From contig OZ024742.1 of the NCBI GenBank assembly GCA_964016885.1, positions 153,326,001 through 153,390,000 on the forward strand: a stretch of DNA of 64,000 bases. Direction: 5' to 3'. The stretch is from Eledone cirrhosa (lineage: Eukaryota). Below, piece by piece: positions 1 to 14,319 of this stretch; the stretch's first letter is position 1, and the number at the start of each line of letters is the position of its first letter. The position numbers were made by a program, and so were the translations under genes. The notes under the pieces were generated by a model that worked only from the letters and a program-made list of their open reading frames with translations, was not told the DNA's origin and made no database searches.

Positions 1-104
1 CTGAACATGGCCCTGTATGCATATGAAAACTTTAATTGACTAATGGTTTCGGCGAAGCTATTATTTAAAACCAAACACAAATGCTTAAAACCGTATTGAT
101 ACAC

Positions 105-169
<65 letters not shown>

Positions 170-236
170 GTAGGGGAGAATGGGGTATGTGGATCTACAG
201 ACAGACATATACATATATACATATATATACATACAC

Positions 237-267
<31 letters not shown>

Positions 268-974
268 CTATAAACTATGCCCATAGAATAATTTCATAAG
301 ATCCATATCCTCCCCCAATTAGCATAATCAACTATACAAAAAACCAAATAAACCAGGCTATGAGATTAAAAGGCACCTATGAAGAAATAATAGATAAATA
401 AACGACATCCATCTATTCGCGATCAACAGCTATAGAATATTTACCCATTATTTCAATAGCACGTGGAAATCGATTAAATATATCGTCAACCATACACACT
501 TGGGTATAACATTAAAGTTAGAAGAACAAATGCATATACAAATACGTTCGCTTTCGTAAATATCCTCTCAAGGATAAATTCTCGAGCTTCGAACTCATCA
601 GGAAAGAAACTCATTTGGACAAAGATTTTTCTTAAATGATCCCCGCCAGAAACGAATTCAAAATGGCTAAGAACTGTGACGTGGCAGTGGTAAAGTCAGA
701 AAGAATGTGATTGGTGCCTTACGGCTAGTGGGCTGGTTGCTAGAAAGCGCAGCCTAATATTGCATAAATTGCATCTCAACCTTATGGGAGATTATCAGAT
801 ATAAATATTTATATATACACAAACTAGACAAAGTCATAGATATGTTTTTGGCAGCCATTCACGATGTGGCTCAATGATGGAACACATTCCATTATGATAA
901 AAACAAATCTAACAATGTTAATAATACTAACAATGTTTGACTCCTTCGGCTTTTAAACCTTTAGAAGCCCCCCT

Positions 975-3190
975 CATAACACACTACTAAACTCATTTGA
1001 AAATGACCTAATAAAACTAGTTAAGAACATTAAATACAATAAGCACCGTAATAGAAACAACACCTTCTTAAACAAACTTAACACATCTATTAATGAATTC
1101 AAAACTAGTAATAACATTATTGTACATGCGTATAAAACTAATAACGTATACAGCCTAGATTATAATACTTATAGAAAGTTTATATATAATGAACTACATA
1201 AAAGCTACAAGAAAACTACTCTGAATAACTTAGAAGATATTAATATAGAGGGATATAATATAGTATCTAAACTAGGACTTCAGAGGCATACACAATCATA
1301 TACCCCAAACCCACCCTAGATTCTCTCTGAAGGACCATAAGAAGGACGTCATTAGGAACCCCTCGATTAGACTTATCTGCCCTTCCAAGTCTGACATTGA
1401 CATTATCACTAAGAAAATTTTAGATAAAATCATCCCACAGATTAAACACAAGATGTACCTTAAACAATGGGGAAATTCGGGTGAAGTTATTGAATGGTTC
1501 AAAGATATCAAGATTAACAAGGACAAAAAATGTATCCAATTTGATATCAATTCATACTACACCTCTATTTCTCCTATCCTATTAAATAAGGCACTAATCA
1601 TGGCCATGAACAATAGCGACCTGACTAGAACCCAGATTGATGTCATTCTTGCGGCCCGTAAAACCGTAATCACCTTTGAAGACCAAGTATGGACCCGCAA
1701 GGATACGCACAACAACTTTTACATAAACATGGGGTCTAGTGACTCGGCGCAGGTCACTGATTTGATCGGCCTATACTTACGTAATGAAATCCATAAGCAC
1801 ATTCCATACCTCAACGGTGGTTTGTACCCCGATGATGCACTTCTACTTTTAGAATTTAAAAAATTCAATATAGAAAGAACTAGAAAACTATTGCACAATA
1901 CATTCAAAAACTATAACCTTAGTATCACCATGGACAAAAGCACTAAAAACGTTAACTTCCTAGACGCCACCCTTTACCTAGACTCAAAGATATATACACC
2001 TTTCCATAAACCTAACGAAAAACTCATTTACGTAGATACCAAGTCTAACCACCCTAGATCAATATTAAACTCTATCTCTATGGGGTTTCCAATAGAATCT
2101 GTAATCTATCCTATGACGCAAACATATTTAGCAAAAACTCGCAATATTATAATCAAGCATTAGCTAGATCTGGTCATAATATAGAGATTGAGTTCCAACC
2201 TACATAGCTACAACATTATCTCGCACAATATGTCCATGAGGAAACTTAGTAATAAGAATAGAAACCACACACACACTAAAACGGAGGATGCCATCAAAAG
2301 TAACACACGCCACAAAAACTACCATAGTACCTTAAGAGGAAATAACACACCAGACATAAAAAACAAAAATAGAAGATGAAATAATACATTTCAACCTAAA
2401 CGTCTCTTCCAACATACCTAGGACTTTCTTCTCACTACTAGATAAAAACTTCCCTCCAGGACACAAGTACCATAACCTTTTAAACAAAAACACTATTAAA
2501 ATCTCCTATTCTACGACGCCTAACATAGCAAACCACATAGCTAGTAGCAATAAAAGAAAAATTAATTCTTACTTCCAACAAACTAAATCGCAACAGGGGG
2601 TAAACATTCAAAATAACTTTATAGCAAGTAACCCTAATAACGGTAGTAATAGTATTAATAGCACTAGTATAAGCAATCACACCGGGGAGACAACCCCCCA
2701 TATCCAAAATCCTGTAGCTACCACCCGGACCTTTACACAACATTTTAACCAGCAGACTAACACCCAGAATAATTGTAACTGTAGAGCAAATAGAACCTGC
2801 CCTTTAGATAAAAAATGCTTAATCAAGGATATCATATACTCTTACACCGTCACAACTAGCAACTCTTCAGAAAACTATGTAGGCTCCACTTCTAACTGCT
2901 TCAAAACCAGATATAATTCGCACATCCGCTCGTTCAAAAAACACAGTCTAGCCAACTCCACCTCACTATCTAGCTACATACACTATCTAAAAACTAAAAA
3001 TAAATCTTACACACTTAAATGGGAAGTGATAGGTTGCGCGACTTCGTACAAACCACCTAATACATTTTGTAACCTCTGTCTACTAGAGACCCATACTATT
3101 ATCTTCTCAAACCATAACCTAATTAACAAAAATCTGAAGTGTTCGCGTCTTGCCAGCACCGCTTCCGGTATTCCTTCCAAAATTTTAAAC
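975..3190 (+). pseudogene. Penelope-like element (Naiad-like) RT + GIY-YIG ORF, frameshifted
   Basis: ORF 1453-2163 has PLE RT motifs (FDINSYY, MGSSDSAQVTDLIG, GLYPDD, NFLDATL, YTPFHKPN, SNHP). Downstream frames read NCNCRANRTCPLDKKCL (2771), NYVGSTSNCFKTRY and FCNLCLLE..CQH. Confidence 0.9.
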
Positions 3191-4090
3191 CCAATATATA
3201 GCAATGTCAGACTTGAACTAGGCACCACCTCTAGCATCAAACACCAAGGGCACACCTTATACCACATCCCCACACTCATTGATCCAATATAACACAAATA
3301 GTGACATTCCTCTGGAAACATTTACAGTAGAAATAACCATATGTAAATCTACTTTCGGTGTGACTGCCTTAAATTGCTTGAACTACATTACACCACTATA
3401 TAATTAATGTAAAATTTAAAAAATTGACTGTACTGTTGGTGTTCTGTGTTCTGCGGATGGAGTGCCATCGTTTGATAAGTGGAAGACTAATTAATTTAGT
3501 AATATTGATGAGCTATATAACCTATATGCTGAGTGCAGTGAATGAAATGCAAGTGGCGTATGAGTTGTACATATATGTATGGATTAGTGACATGGTAAGT
3601 GAGGATTGACCTCTGGTCTACCCTAGTGATAGTTAACTTTGACATCCAATCTAATATACACTGACCCAGAGCTTACCAGGAATTATTATATATAGAAGTG
3701 AATCTATAATAACCATGCCAGGTTCTATGAGTAGACTACAATTACAATGATCATTGATTTGGAGATCTGGCTCTTCGTGTGAAATATTCAATTGTGGCAC
3801 TCTATAATGGAGGATATTCACCCTAATATGAACACCTTTAATACTTCTTGATAGACTACACTGTGATTATAGATAGGACACTTTCAATGTTTAGAAACTG
3901 TTTATAACCATATAAGATAGGGACTCTTTTGAGACACCATTTAATGTACATTAGGATAATATTTAGTTACAGAAATCAGTGAGTTACCTTCCCTCACGCA
4001 TTAACTTCCCTTAGTCACACACGCACTTCCGGAAAATAATACGATGTTGATTCTCGCAACTAAACAACCTGCTATATTGGACTAAAGACC

Positions 4091-5367
4091 GTAGTGCCCT
4101 GCCCAAGGGAAACCCTCACCAAGATGGAGCGCGCGCTCTTCCAATTCCTTTGGAAGAGGCGGGCTCCTATGGTGAGGAGATCCATCTGCTGTCAACACCC
4201 TTCGAAAGGAGGGCTGGGGATGCCGTGGCTAATGATGCGTAAACACGCATTAAGGCTACGGCACCTCTACGTATTCCTCACCGGACAACCGGTGTGGGCC
4301 TCGTTTGTGAGACGAACCTTTCCCAGACTCGTCTCACTCACCGAGCTGCAATCCTGGGTCAAGCAAAGACCGAGAAAACTGGGCGCCTGGCACACTGAGT
4401 GTGCCCAGGCGCTCACCGCCCTCTGGCAGGCGGATCCGGTTATCAGTGGAGACTCCACCGCAACATTCTATAGAGGGCTGGTACGCAGCAGGTGCGACGA
4501 CGCCCTCGGAGAAGCCCTAGACATGGAGGAGGACGAACTGGCCAGCCTGTTCGGTAGGACATTCAGCCCGGGACCTATGGTCAACTTCCAGAAGTCCCTG
4601 GCCTGGCAGTGCTACCGAGGGGCTTTACCCGTTCGAGAAAGGCTCTACAGACACGGGCGCCCGGGTAGGGACCCCGCCAAAAAGATCTGTCCCAGATGCG
4701 TGTGCGACGAGGAAACCGTTGCACACGCATTGGTACACTGCTCGGGCGCAGCCGATCTGTGGGGCTATGTCGAACAACTGCTGTCAAGGGTGGGACCGAT
4801 CCGGTTGACCACCGAGTCTATTGTAATGATCAAGCCGCCTCCCCCCTTCAAAGATGAAGCAGAGGCGGTGTTTCTGTGCGTAATAGCCATGGCGAAAGAG
4901 GTTGTATGGTGGACGCGTCTGAAAGGACTGAGGTCAGGCACCTTTCTCTCTGGCCAACAACTGGTCCGTTTCTTCCGATATCATTTCGGAAGAAGGATCA
5001 GGATGGAGAGAGAGGTGCTGCACCCCAGCCGTTTCTATGAAAGATGGGTGAAAGTGGCGAGAATGGCCCGTGTGAATGGGCCTTCACTCTACATCAGACT
5101 ATAGGTGAGGAAGATGAAAGACCAAGGGAGCACCCCTTCTCTGTGCTCCTGAGGAGAAGGGTTGCACACTTTTTTCGGGGGTGTGTGCGACCCCCCAAGG
5201 CGTCTCCTCTCTATTGAGGATTTTGTTAAAAATTTTATTTTTTGTGATATCTTATTTTATTTTTATATTTTGTTATTGCCTCCTCCTTATTGAGGACGCC
5301 TTTTTGTGTAAACTCCCCCCTTTGTACTTGTCCCACTTTTGATGCCCTAGTGGCAAATAAAAGAAAT
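4091..5367 (+). mobile_element. 5'-truncated Tx1/L1-clade LINE with 19-bp target-site duplication
   Basis: CTATATTGGACTAAAGACC at 4072-4090 and 5368-5386. 3' end AATAAAAGAAAT. Encodes an ORF2 C-terminus. Confidence 0.93.
4094..5104 (+). CDS. Tx1-like ORF2 C-terminal part (post-RT region and CPRC..ETVAHALVHC zinc knuckle), open but 5'-truncated
   Basis: FQFLWK, GGLGMP and CPRCVCDEETVAHALVHC motifs; clearly homologous to the ORF2 C-terminus at 19801-20800(-). Confidence 0.85.
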   Translation: MPCPRETLTKMERALFQFLWKRRAPMVRRSICCQHPSKGGLGMPWLMMRKHALRLRHLYVFLTGQPVWASFVRRTFPRLVSLTELQSWVKQRPRKLGAWHTECAQALTALWQADPVISGDSTATFYRGLVRSRCDDALGEALDMEEDELASLFGRTFSPGPMVNFQKSLAWQCYRGALPVRERLYRHGRPGRDPAKKICPRCVCDEETVAHALVHCSGAADLWGYVEQLLSRVGPIRLTTESIVMIKPPPPFKDEAEAVFLCVIAMAKEVVWWTRLKGLRSGTFLSGQQLVRFFRYHFGRRIRMEREVLHPSRFYERWVKVARMARVNGPSLYIRL

Positions 5368-5925
5368 CTATATTGGACTAAAGACCAACAGACTATGATA
5401 CTCTAACAGAATCATCAAACGTCCAATATTGAATCGTCGTGGATTATGTGAGGGTCATATAATCTAGATATTACGCTCTCCGGACTGTGAAAATGGTGTT
5501 GTATACGAAAACCGTATCATCGCTTTGCTACACATTTTCTAATATTTTTAATATTTATAATATTTATCTACACACAAGCTTCTATAACATTCATATAAAA
5601 GATACATTACCCGCTTAAAGTGCTTGTATTACATGTAACACCCTGCCGCACTATAATATTACAAATATGACACACGTGCTTGCCACACGTGTAACTATTG
5701 CACACAATAACTGCTTCTGACTATCCTATCGCATTCATTTCATGTTGTATCTTAACATTAATTTTAATTTTATCCTCTTTTGATATGAATGTAATCTTTA
5801 AATGTATACTGCCACGCTAAATGTTATAATGGATGTCGACCCACCAAACAACAATATATGTATGTGTATCTGTATGTCTCTTGGGTTGAAATGGAGGTCA
5901 TATATGTGATCATTCATTAATAAAT

Positions 5926-5971
5926 TGCTCCGAACAATCCAAACCTCGGTTTGGAGAAACAATTGTAAGCA
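5926..5971 (+). ncRNA. Decayed minimal type I hammerhead ribozyme
   Basis: Stem I TGCT/AGCA; core CCGAACA (two changes from CTGAAGA); stem II TCCAAAC/GTTTGGA; GAAA; palindromic stem III ACAATTGT; GUA site. Confidence 0.65.
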
Positions 5972-6162
5972 TATAAATGATTTGAACAGAACTTTGATTC
6001 TTATAACTTATATATAACTGCGCTGTAAAACAACTGCTGAGCTATTTATCTTACTGGTAATAAGGTAGTAATATATTACTGCCTATCACTATTTAGGGTT
6101 TGTAAAAATAGTTATAACTACAAAAGGCTTTGTATATGCATAACCATAAATAGTATCCTTAA

Positions 6163-6225
<63 letters not shown>

Positions 6226-6269
6226 TGAAAAAGAACAAAGGAACTATTATGACATTATAACAAGTTTAT

Positions 6270-6316
6270 TGCCGACAGCCGTTTCGTCCGACCCCATGGT
6301 GGGACTTATCAAGGCA
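6270..6316 (-). ncRNA. Hammerhead ribozyme, U3-A8 core
   Basis: Minus strand reads TGCC-TTGATAA-GTCC..GGAC-GAAA-CGGCTG-TC-GGCA. Confidence 0.8.
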
Positions 6317-7076
6317 TATAACATGTGATTGCAAGATCATTGTTTACATCAACGTATCACTCAAGGCCAGCAGTTTGAAATTGTTGTATACATCAGCAAC
6401 TCCGCTTTAAGGGGGGCTATTTTATATTAGTTGTCGGGGTCAGGGATTGAAGTTTAAAAATTAGACAAAAATATATAATTTACGCATCAACATTAAACCA
6501 AAAGACTTGGGGTCCCGTAGAAGCACCTCAGAAAATCCCTCAATAATTGCATAAAGCTTACAGGTTCCAATAAATCTATTAGTCTAGAAGAAAATTAAGA
6601 GGCTAATAAAATAAGAAAATAAAAATAAAAATATAAAGTTTCCCTAAACGTAGACGCAGGACCATGCCCGCAAATACATACCCCGATCTGTCTTGAATAT
6701 ACAGGGCTGACGGAATATGGATAACACGACCACCATCTAAGCTGAGACCGACCCATACAGCAAACAAAGAGAGGACAGCCCTTCGCTTTTGACTAGTCGC
6801 GTGTGGACTTAGAGTTCATAATATACCACCCCAGTCAAATCCACACTGGTTTTTTAACAATATAGCATGTAGACCAATACATCATGCGTGGCGAAACCTT
6901 GGACTTAGAACCGGCAGGCTCGTCTATCGCGAAAGCGTTCAACCCCTGAAACTAAAGGATCAAACGGACCACATCCGGCAACCACTGGCTATTAGATCCA
7001 CAGGTACATCTCCCAGAGAGTCCACGCAGATAATAGTGAACCCCAGGTGATCTATGAACGTTTAAACAAGACCAGC

Positions 7077-7360
7077 TGCGCCTGGAGCTATGCAGATGAC
7101 TGCTTACGCCTAGTGGATATCGTGCCTGGAGCTATCCAGGGGACTGCATAGGCAGAATGGATATCGCGCCCACACGGTCACCAGTACTGTTCATCCTGTT
7201 ATATTTTTGTAATAATTTTATGATAATTTTGTAATAATTTTGCGATAATTTTATGATAATTTGATAATTTTGTAATGATTTTGTGGTAATTTTGTGATGA
7301 TTTGATAATTTTGTAATGATTTTGTGGTAATTTTGTAATAATTTTGTAATAATTTTTAAT
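7077..7360 (+). repeat. Short tandem repeats (~42-bp CGCGCCTGGAGCTAT.. x2.5, then ~11-bp ATAATTTTGT-like array)
   Basis: Direct inspection. Confidence 0.75.
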
Positions 7361-8269
7361 CCTGTATCAATAATTTTAGAATGTTTTTTTGTGATAATAC
7401 AGGGTTAGATCACTGAAGCTGCCTTATACCTTCTTAAGGATACATTTTATGATTATTGTCGTTTTGCTTATGTATTTTCTTAGTTACCACTTTCTTTAAT
7501 CTTGCCCAACTTGATAATCTCCTTGAATTGCTCCCTAATTAAATTACTTAAGTTGCTTAGATTATTGTATCTATTATGCCTAAGTTGTATCTGTTGAAGC
7601 AGCCCTTTGAAAATTCCTCGGATATCCCAAATACCGTAATTTTTAATTTTTAACTTTTAATGTATAATTTTCCTCAATTCGTTTTTATATTTATCCTTAA
7701 AGGCTCTCTAAAATTTTAATTCTTCGAAGGGTCTCTCAGAAGACGTTCCTATTGGAAATATTAAAGGGGCCTTTTCTGAGAGATTTATGGAAGGCTCTCT
7801 GAATTAACCTCTAATTGATTAGTTTCTTTCAACCTAGTTTTCAATTCAGTTTTCTGAATTTTGTAAACGTGATCTCGGGGGAAGAAGGTTTTTTTCTTTC
7901 GGAAAAAAATTTATTTCTCTAGAAGAAATTTCATAGGAACTTTATATATTTTTTAGGGAAACTTTATATTTTTATTTTTATTAGCCTCTTAATTTTCTTC
8001 TAGACTAATAGGTTTATTGGAGCCTGTAAGCTTTATGCACTCATTGAGGGATTTTCTGAGGTGCTTCTACGGGACCCCAAGTCTTTTGGTTTAATGTTGA
8101 TGCGTAAATTATGTATTTTTGTCTGATTTTTAAACTTCAATCCCTGACCACGACAACTAATATAAAATAGCCCCCCTTAAAGCGGAGTTGCTGATGTATA
8201 CAACAATTTCAAACTGCTAGCCTTGATGATACGTTGATGTAAAAAATGATCTTGCAATCACATGTTATA

Positions 8270-8316
8270 TGCCTTGATAAGTCCCACCATGGGGTCGTAC
8301 GAAACGGCTGTCGGCA
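8270..8316 (+). ncRNA. Hammerhead ribozyme, U3-A8 core (inverted partner of 6270-6316)
   Basis: TGCC-TTGATAA(8274-8280)-GTCC..GTAC-GAAA(8301)-CGGCTG-TC-GGCA; one stem II mismatch. Confidence 0.78.
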
Positions 8317-8469
8317 ATAAACTTGTTATAATGTCATAATAGTTCCTTTGTTCCGTTTCACTAATATTTCTGCTCTGCGTATACGCATAGAGCTTAACTA
8401 GCTACCGTCACATATTTGGTAAGTCAGACGTGATCATCGCGATTCACATACGACCTACCATACATCTTA

Positions 8470-8557
<88 letters not shown>

Positions 8558-8656
8558 AAATTTGAAGACTAAATTCCAAAGAGGGCTCGATAAGGATAAA
8601 TATATATCAAATATATAAGAACCGTAGAGCAAATATTTATTAAAATAACAGATTAA

Positions 8657-8707
8657 AGTTTAAGCAAAGAATCGCTGCTTTCACCCTTATGGGGATCTTC
8701 TGAAACT
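8657..8707 (-). ncRNA. Hammerhead-like fold with CAGAAGA (U4A) core
   Basis: AGTTT-CAGAAGA-TCCC cataa GGGT-GAAA-GCA gcgattctt TGC-TT-AAACT; stems I, II and III all form. Confidence 0.7.
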
Positions 8708-9647
8708 AACAATGTCAATCTGTAAACGCAGAAGTGGATATTTCAAAAAATGTTGCAACCGGAGGAACACAGGAAGACGATACTTTTGTTCGTGGAAACG
8801 TTCCCTGGCAAAGAACGGGAAAAACGAATATAATAAGTCATTAATAGGAGTGGTGATAAAAAATTACACGCAAAGACAGAAACACGTTTATGGTATAAAA
8901 GAAGTCCTAGACTAATGTTCTCTTAGGTGGTTCATAGAGACGTTCTCTGGCAATGAAAGAAAACAACGACGATAATACGTCGTATGTGGAGCGTGGAGAA
9001 CAATTGCACGCAAAGACAAAACCACGTAAATGGTATAGCTGAAGTCGTAGACTAAAATTCTAACTAGGAAACCGAATGAATCTCCGCTTCAGATTTAAGA
9101 TTAAAGTAAATAAAATACAATACAGAGGTAATAGAAATTAAATAAATACATACACGCAGACAAATATGTACATACACAAGCATACGCGAAACCACTTTCC
9201 ATAGGTATACAAACCACGCACATATAAATATGTGTGTGTGTGTGTGCGTGTATACAAATAAATAGATAATTAAATAAACGTATATAAATAAATAAATACG
9301 TATATAACAAGCGCACACACATACCTACATGTAAATACACAAATGTTCGGAGACGTAAGTCAACCAAAACATGAAGTACACATATATACACACCCAACAT
9401 ACGTACGAACCTGCATACTGACACATACGCACAACTCCCGTATACACATAACCGAACCATATGTACCAGAATATATAAAAAATTATACGCCATAACATAT
9501 ACAATGAAATATACGTAGGAGAAAGTATACGTACCTTCATAAAACATACAGGTAATATATACTTACCTATGCAAATAAGTAATGGTATAAACAAAACATA
9601 TACTTAGCTACCACATCAAGATGTAAAATATCCACGTATAGATCGTA

Positions 9648-10710
9648 CTATCCGTTAGGGTATAACGTGGGACTGTAATACAGGAAAGTTTTGTGCAATT
9701 TATGTTTACAAGCCGAAATTACCTTAGAATTTTTGTTTAAGATGTGGTTTGTGGCGTAGAGTATTTCCAGGGCCTCAGCGGCGCAGAGGTCACATGGTAT
9801 TTTATTTCCGTTATACGATCTAGCCCTAGCTAGGATCTCCCAGTGTAACTTATATTTGGTGTGGTTGTCTTTTGGACTCCAGATATAAGCTGAAAGTGAC
9901 GTCATATTCCTTCTTAGAGGGTAACGAAAAGAATGGGTATGCATGTAAAGACGCTGCTTGAATCTATTGGCGGTTAACCCTATGTAGGCCCTACGAGACG
10001 TGGGTGTTTCAACCTTACACTTGTAGACAATGTTATTAGAGAGGCATTTCAAGAATAGGGGGCAATCAACCAGATTCCTACAATTACAGTTAGTACTAAG
10101 TACAGGGTTGCACGTGTTCCTACGGCTAGATAGTTTAGCTAAATTTGAAGCTGTGATGTTATGTGCAAGGTTAGGAGTCGTAGAGTAAGAAATTTTAATA
10201 GTATTTCTATTAAAAAATTTACTATGTTTATGTGTAGGGGGAAAATGCTTCGTAATAAGGGAAAGAAAGATCTTAGCTAATGGTGTGGCCACCTCCATAT
10301 TATATGGTGGGTTATACCAACAAATGCGACGGGATCTATTTCTTCTAGGTATATTTTCGTACTCAGTATATGCTACCTTATCGACAAATCCACTCCGAGT
10401 AAGAGCTTCATTGTAATAAGTGGAATGGTCGTTGAAAATATGCACGTTAGTAGATAGACGGGAAAGCCTCAGCGAAACGTTTCTTACCAGGTTCTTGGTT
10501 ATGGTGGCAGAATGGTTGGAATGCTTACTTATGTAATTAAGAGTATCATTCGGCTTTCTATACGGGTAATACAACCCATTCGATAAAGTGAAGGTAACAT
10601 CGAGGTAATTAACGACCAAGCGATTGGCCTCAACCTCTATAAAAAGGTTGAATCCTTTAAAGAAGGCTGTGAGTTCTTTTCTGAACCTATCGCAAGCACG
10701 AGGCCCGCAC
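9648..10710 (-). CDS. PLE RT thumb + GIY-YIG endonuclease (open, 5'-truncated)
   Basis: NYLDVTF, YYPYRKPN, WYNPPY, NCNCRNLVDCPLFLKCL, AYIGLTANRFKQR, CDLCAAE, CKH. Confidence 0.9.
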
Positions 10711-11577
10711 TAGGTTTGCATAGGTAAGTATATATTACCTGTATGTTTTGTGAAGGTACGTATACTTTCTCGTACGTATATTTATTGTATATGTTATGGC
10801 TTATAATTTTTTATATATTCTGGTACATATAATTTGGTTATGTGTATACAGGAGTTTTGCGTCTGTGTGAGTATGCAGGTTCGTACGTATGTTGGGTGTG
10901 TGTATATGTGTACTTCATGTTTGGTTGACTTACGTCTCCGAACATTTGTGTATTTACATGTAGGTATGTGTGTGCGCTTGCTATAAACGTATTTATTTAT
11001 TTATATACGTTTATTTAATTATTTATTTATTTGTATACATGCACACACACACATATTTATATGTGCGTGGTTTTGTATACCTATGGGAAGTGTTTTCGCG
11101 TATGCTTGTGTATGTACGTATTTGCATGCGTGTATTTATTTATTTAATTTCTATTATCTCTTTATTGTATTTTATTTACTTTATTCTTAACTCTGAAGCG
11201 GAGATTCTTTCGGTTTCCTAGTTAGAATTTTAGACTACGACTTCAGCTATACCATTTACGTGGTTTTGCCTTTGCGTGCAATTGTTCTCCACGCTCCACA
11301 TACACCTTATTATCTTCGTTTTTTCCGTTCATTGCCAGAGGACGTCTCTATGAACCACCTAAGAGAACATTAGTCTAGGACTTCTTTTATACCATAAACG
11401 TGGGTCTGTCTTTGCGCGTAATTGTGTTTCACCGCTCCTATTAATGACGTATTATATTCGTTTTTCCCGTTCTTTGCCAGGGAACGTTCCCACGAACCAA
11501 AGTCTCGTCTTACTGTCTTCCTCCGGTTGCAACGTTTTTTGAAATATCCGCTTCTGCGTTTACAGATTGACTTTGTT

Positions 11578-11628
11578 AGTTTCAGAAGATCCCGTTAAGG
11601 GTGAAGGCAGCGATTCTTGGCTTAAACT
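11578..11628 (+). ncRNA. Mutated copy of the CAGAAGA hammerhead-like fold
   Basis: Same as 8657-8707 but with GAAG and a stem III mismatch. Confidence 0.55.
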
Positions 11629-11639
11629 TTAATCTGCTA

Positions 11640-11681
<42 letters not shown>

Positions 11682-12199
11682 AGTAAGTAAGTTAATTTCA
11701 TAATTTTCTTATTTTACGTCTCTCATATTATTGTTCTGCAACCCAATGCATTGAACCACAAAGTTACTAAGACAAAACCTATATATTTGCTAGCATTGAT
11801 ATGCATCTGTATGTATATATATGTTACTAGATATTAATTCTTTATAATTATCTCCAAATTATTTGTCGAGCAATATTGGCCACGACTGCTGCTATGGTAG
11901 CAGGGAGGCCGCTCTCTTATTAGCAAACCACTTTCCACTGATTGACCTCGATGTCACGTGATTGATTCTTTTTGAATTTGCCACCGACGCAGAGTCAGTG
12001 ATTTTCTCAATGGCTAGGAATTCAGTCCACGATTTGCTATTTTCTATCCACTGAATTATTTTTGAATAAGTTTCCAGAGTCCCCGTTTTGCCTGGATACT
12101 TAGATGAGAATAGTCTTCCCTGACGAGGAAATGATTCTCTATATTTTCTTCGGAAAATATATTTATTCCATTTCAGAAAGTCTCTCATATATATATATT

Positions 12200-12232
<33 letters not shown>

Positions 12233-12245
12233 ATATAAATATATA

Positions 12246-12291
<46 letters not shown>

Positions 12292-12316
12292 TATATATAT
12301 ATATATATATATATTA

Positions 12317-12438
<122 letters not shown>

Positions 12439-12545
12439 TATTTTCCGTTGTGTTGTAATATAAATGTTACACACAGTAGATTATCAGCTCACGTAGAGTT
12501 TGCTCGACGGTTCCAGTTGTAGTTCCAGAAGTAATCCGGAGAAAA

Positions 12546-12966
<421 letters not shown>

Positions 12967-12982
12967 TACCACATTTCCTTCG

Positions 12983-13044
<62 letters not shown>

Positions 13045-13624
13045 GAATACACTTTAAATATTATATATCAAAATATACGCTACTACAACGTATATTTACG
13101 CACCATACACACCAGCAAAATAAATTGTATGGTGTAAATCCAGACACATGAATATAGAATATAAATAATATACAAGCAAATTTTAAGCATATATTTTCAA
13201 CTAAATCTAGAGGTAAATGCACAAAATAAAAAAAAAATATATTTTATGAAACTAATAGAAAATTATGGAAAGACAAAAACCTTAAAAATAATAGCAATAA
13301 TATTACGACTGCAACATTGATACAACGACAGTAATAATATTAACAACAATACCATTACAGCTATCACCAGAATTTTAAATGGTGTGTCTATTTATGAATG
13401 TGTTATTAGCACTAAAAAAAGCTACAAATAAACTATTAAGTGGATCTTTCGAATGGAAATTTTATAATGCAAATCAGTCAAGTAAAAGTAGTTCTGTTCG
13501 TTTGTGTTGTTTTTTTTCGACCGAGGTACGTGTCTGTGATCTTTTCCGTGTGGTATAGTTGATAGGAAATAGATGTAAGAATACATAAACACAGATGTCC
13601 AACTCTACCTGTTCCCCCTCTCAT

Positions 13625-13740
<116 letters not shown>

Positions 13741-13763
13741 TACATGTATATATATATTAATAC

Positions 13764-13815
<52 letters not shown>

Positions 13816-13817
13816 TA

Positions 13818-13919
<102 letters not shown>

Positions 13920-13940
13920 CATGTATATATATATTAATAC

Positions 13941-13998
<58 letters not shown>

Positions 13999-14004
13999 TA
14001 ATAC

Positions 14005-14038
<34 letters not shown>

Positions 14039-14144
14039 ATATATATAAATTCATTCAAGTGTATACACGGGCATTAGTGTGTGCACAATTATATATACAC
14101 AAATGAATGTACATACATATAAGAATACATACATAGAGTATAGA

Positions 14145-14188
<44 letters not shown>

Positions 14189-14233
14189 ATGTGTGTGTTT
14201 GTGTGTGTGTGTGTGTATAAATATATATATATA

Positions 14234-14319
<86 letters not shown>

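Larger units (their letters stand above)
940..6165 (+). mobile_element. PLE copy P1 with presumed long 3' region ending at (TA)n, interrupted by a Tx1 insertion
   Basis: Coding remnant plus a downstream HHR-like fold at 5926-5971 and a (TA)n boundary at 6166. Whether the whole 3' region belongs to one element is inferred. Confidence 0.55.
6220..8460 (+). mobile_element. Non-coding PLE-type terminal fragment with ~420-bp inverted arms (6220-6648 / 7952-8367), between (TA)n tracts
   Basis: Arms are near-identical reverse complements and each carries an HHR. No ORF in the interior. Confidence 0.75.
8561..11647 (-). mobile_element. 5'-truncated Naiad-like PLE with ~935-bp inverted pseudo-LTR (8639-9575 / 10715-11647)
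   Basis: The 3' UTR on the minus strand is reproduced in inverted orientation immediately at the 5' truncation point. Flanked by (TA)n. Confidence 0.9.

Noticed and set aside
570-605. CTGATGA on the minus strand followed by GAGA
   Set aside because: Stems I-III do not form convincingly. The same applies to the CTGATGA near 46965(-) and the GAAA..GTC at 36-52(-).
7077-7360. Short repeats suggestive of a CRISPR array
   Set aside because: Tandem units without unique spacers, eukaryotic context and no cas genes.
8639-11647. Long inverted repeats read as TIRs of a DNA transposon or foldback element
   Set aside because: They enclose a PLE ORF, start at its 5' truncation point and contain HHRs, so they are inverted pseudo-LTRs. 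No transposase is present in the window.
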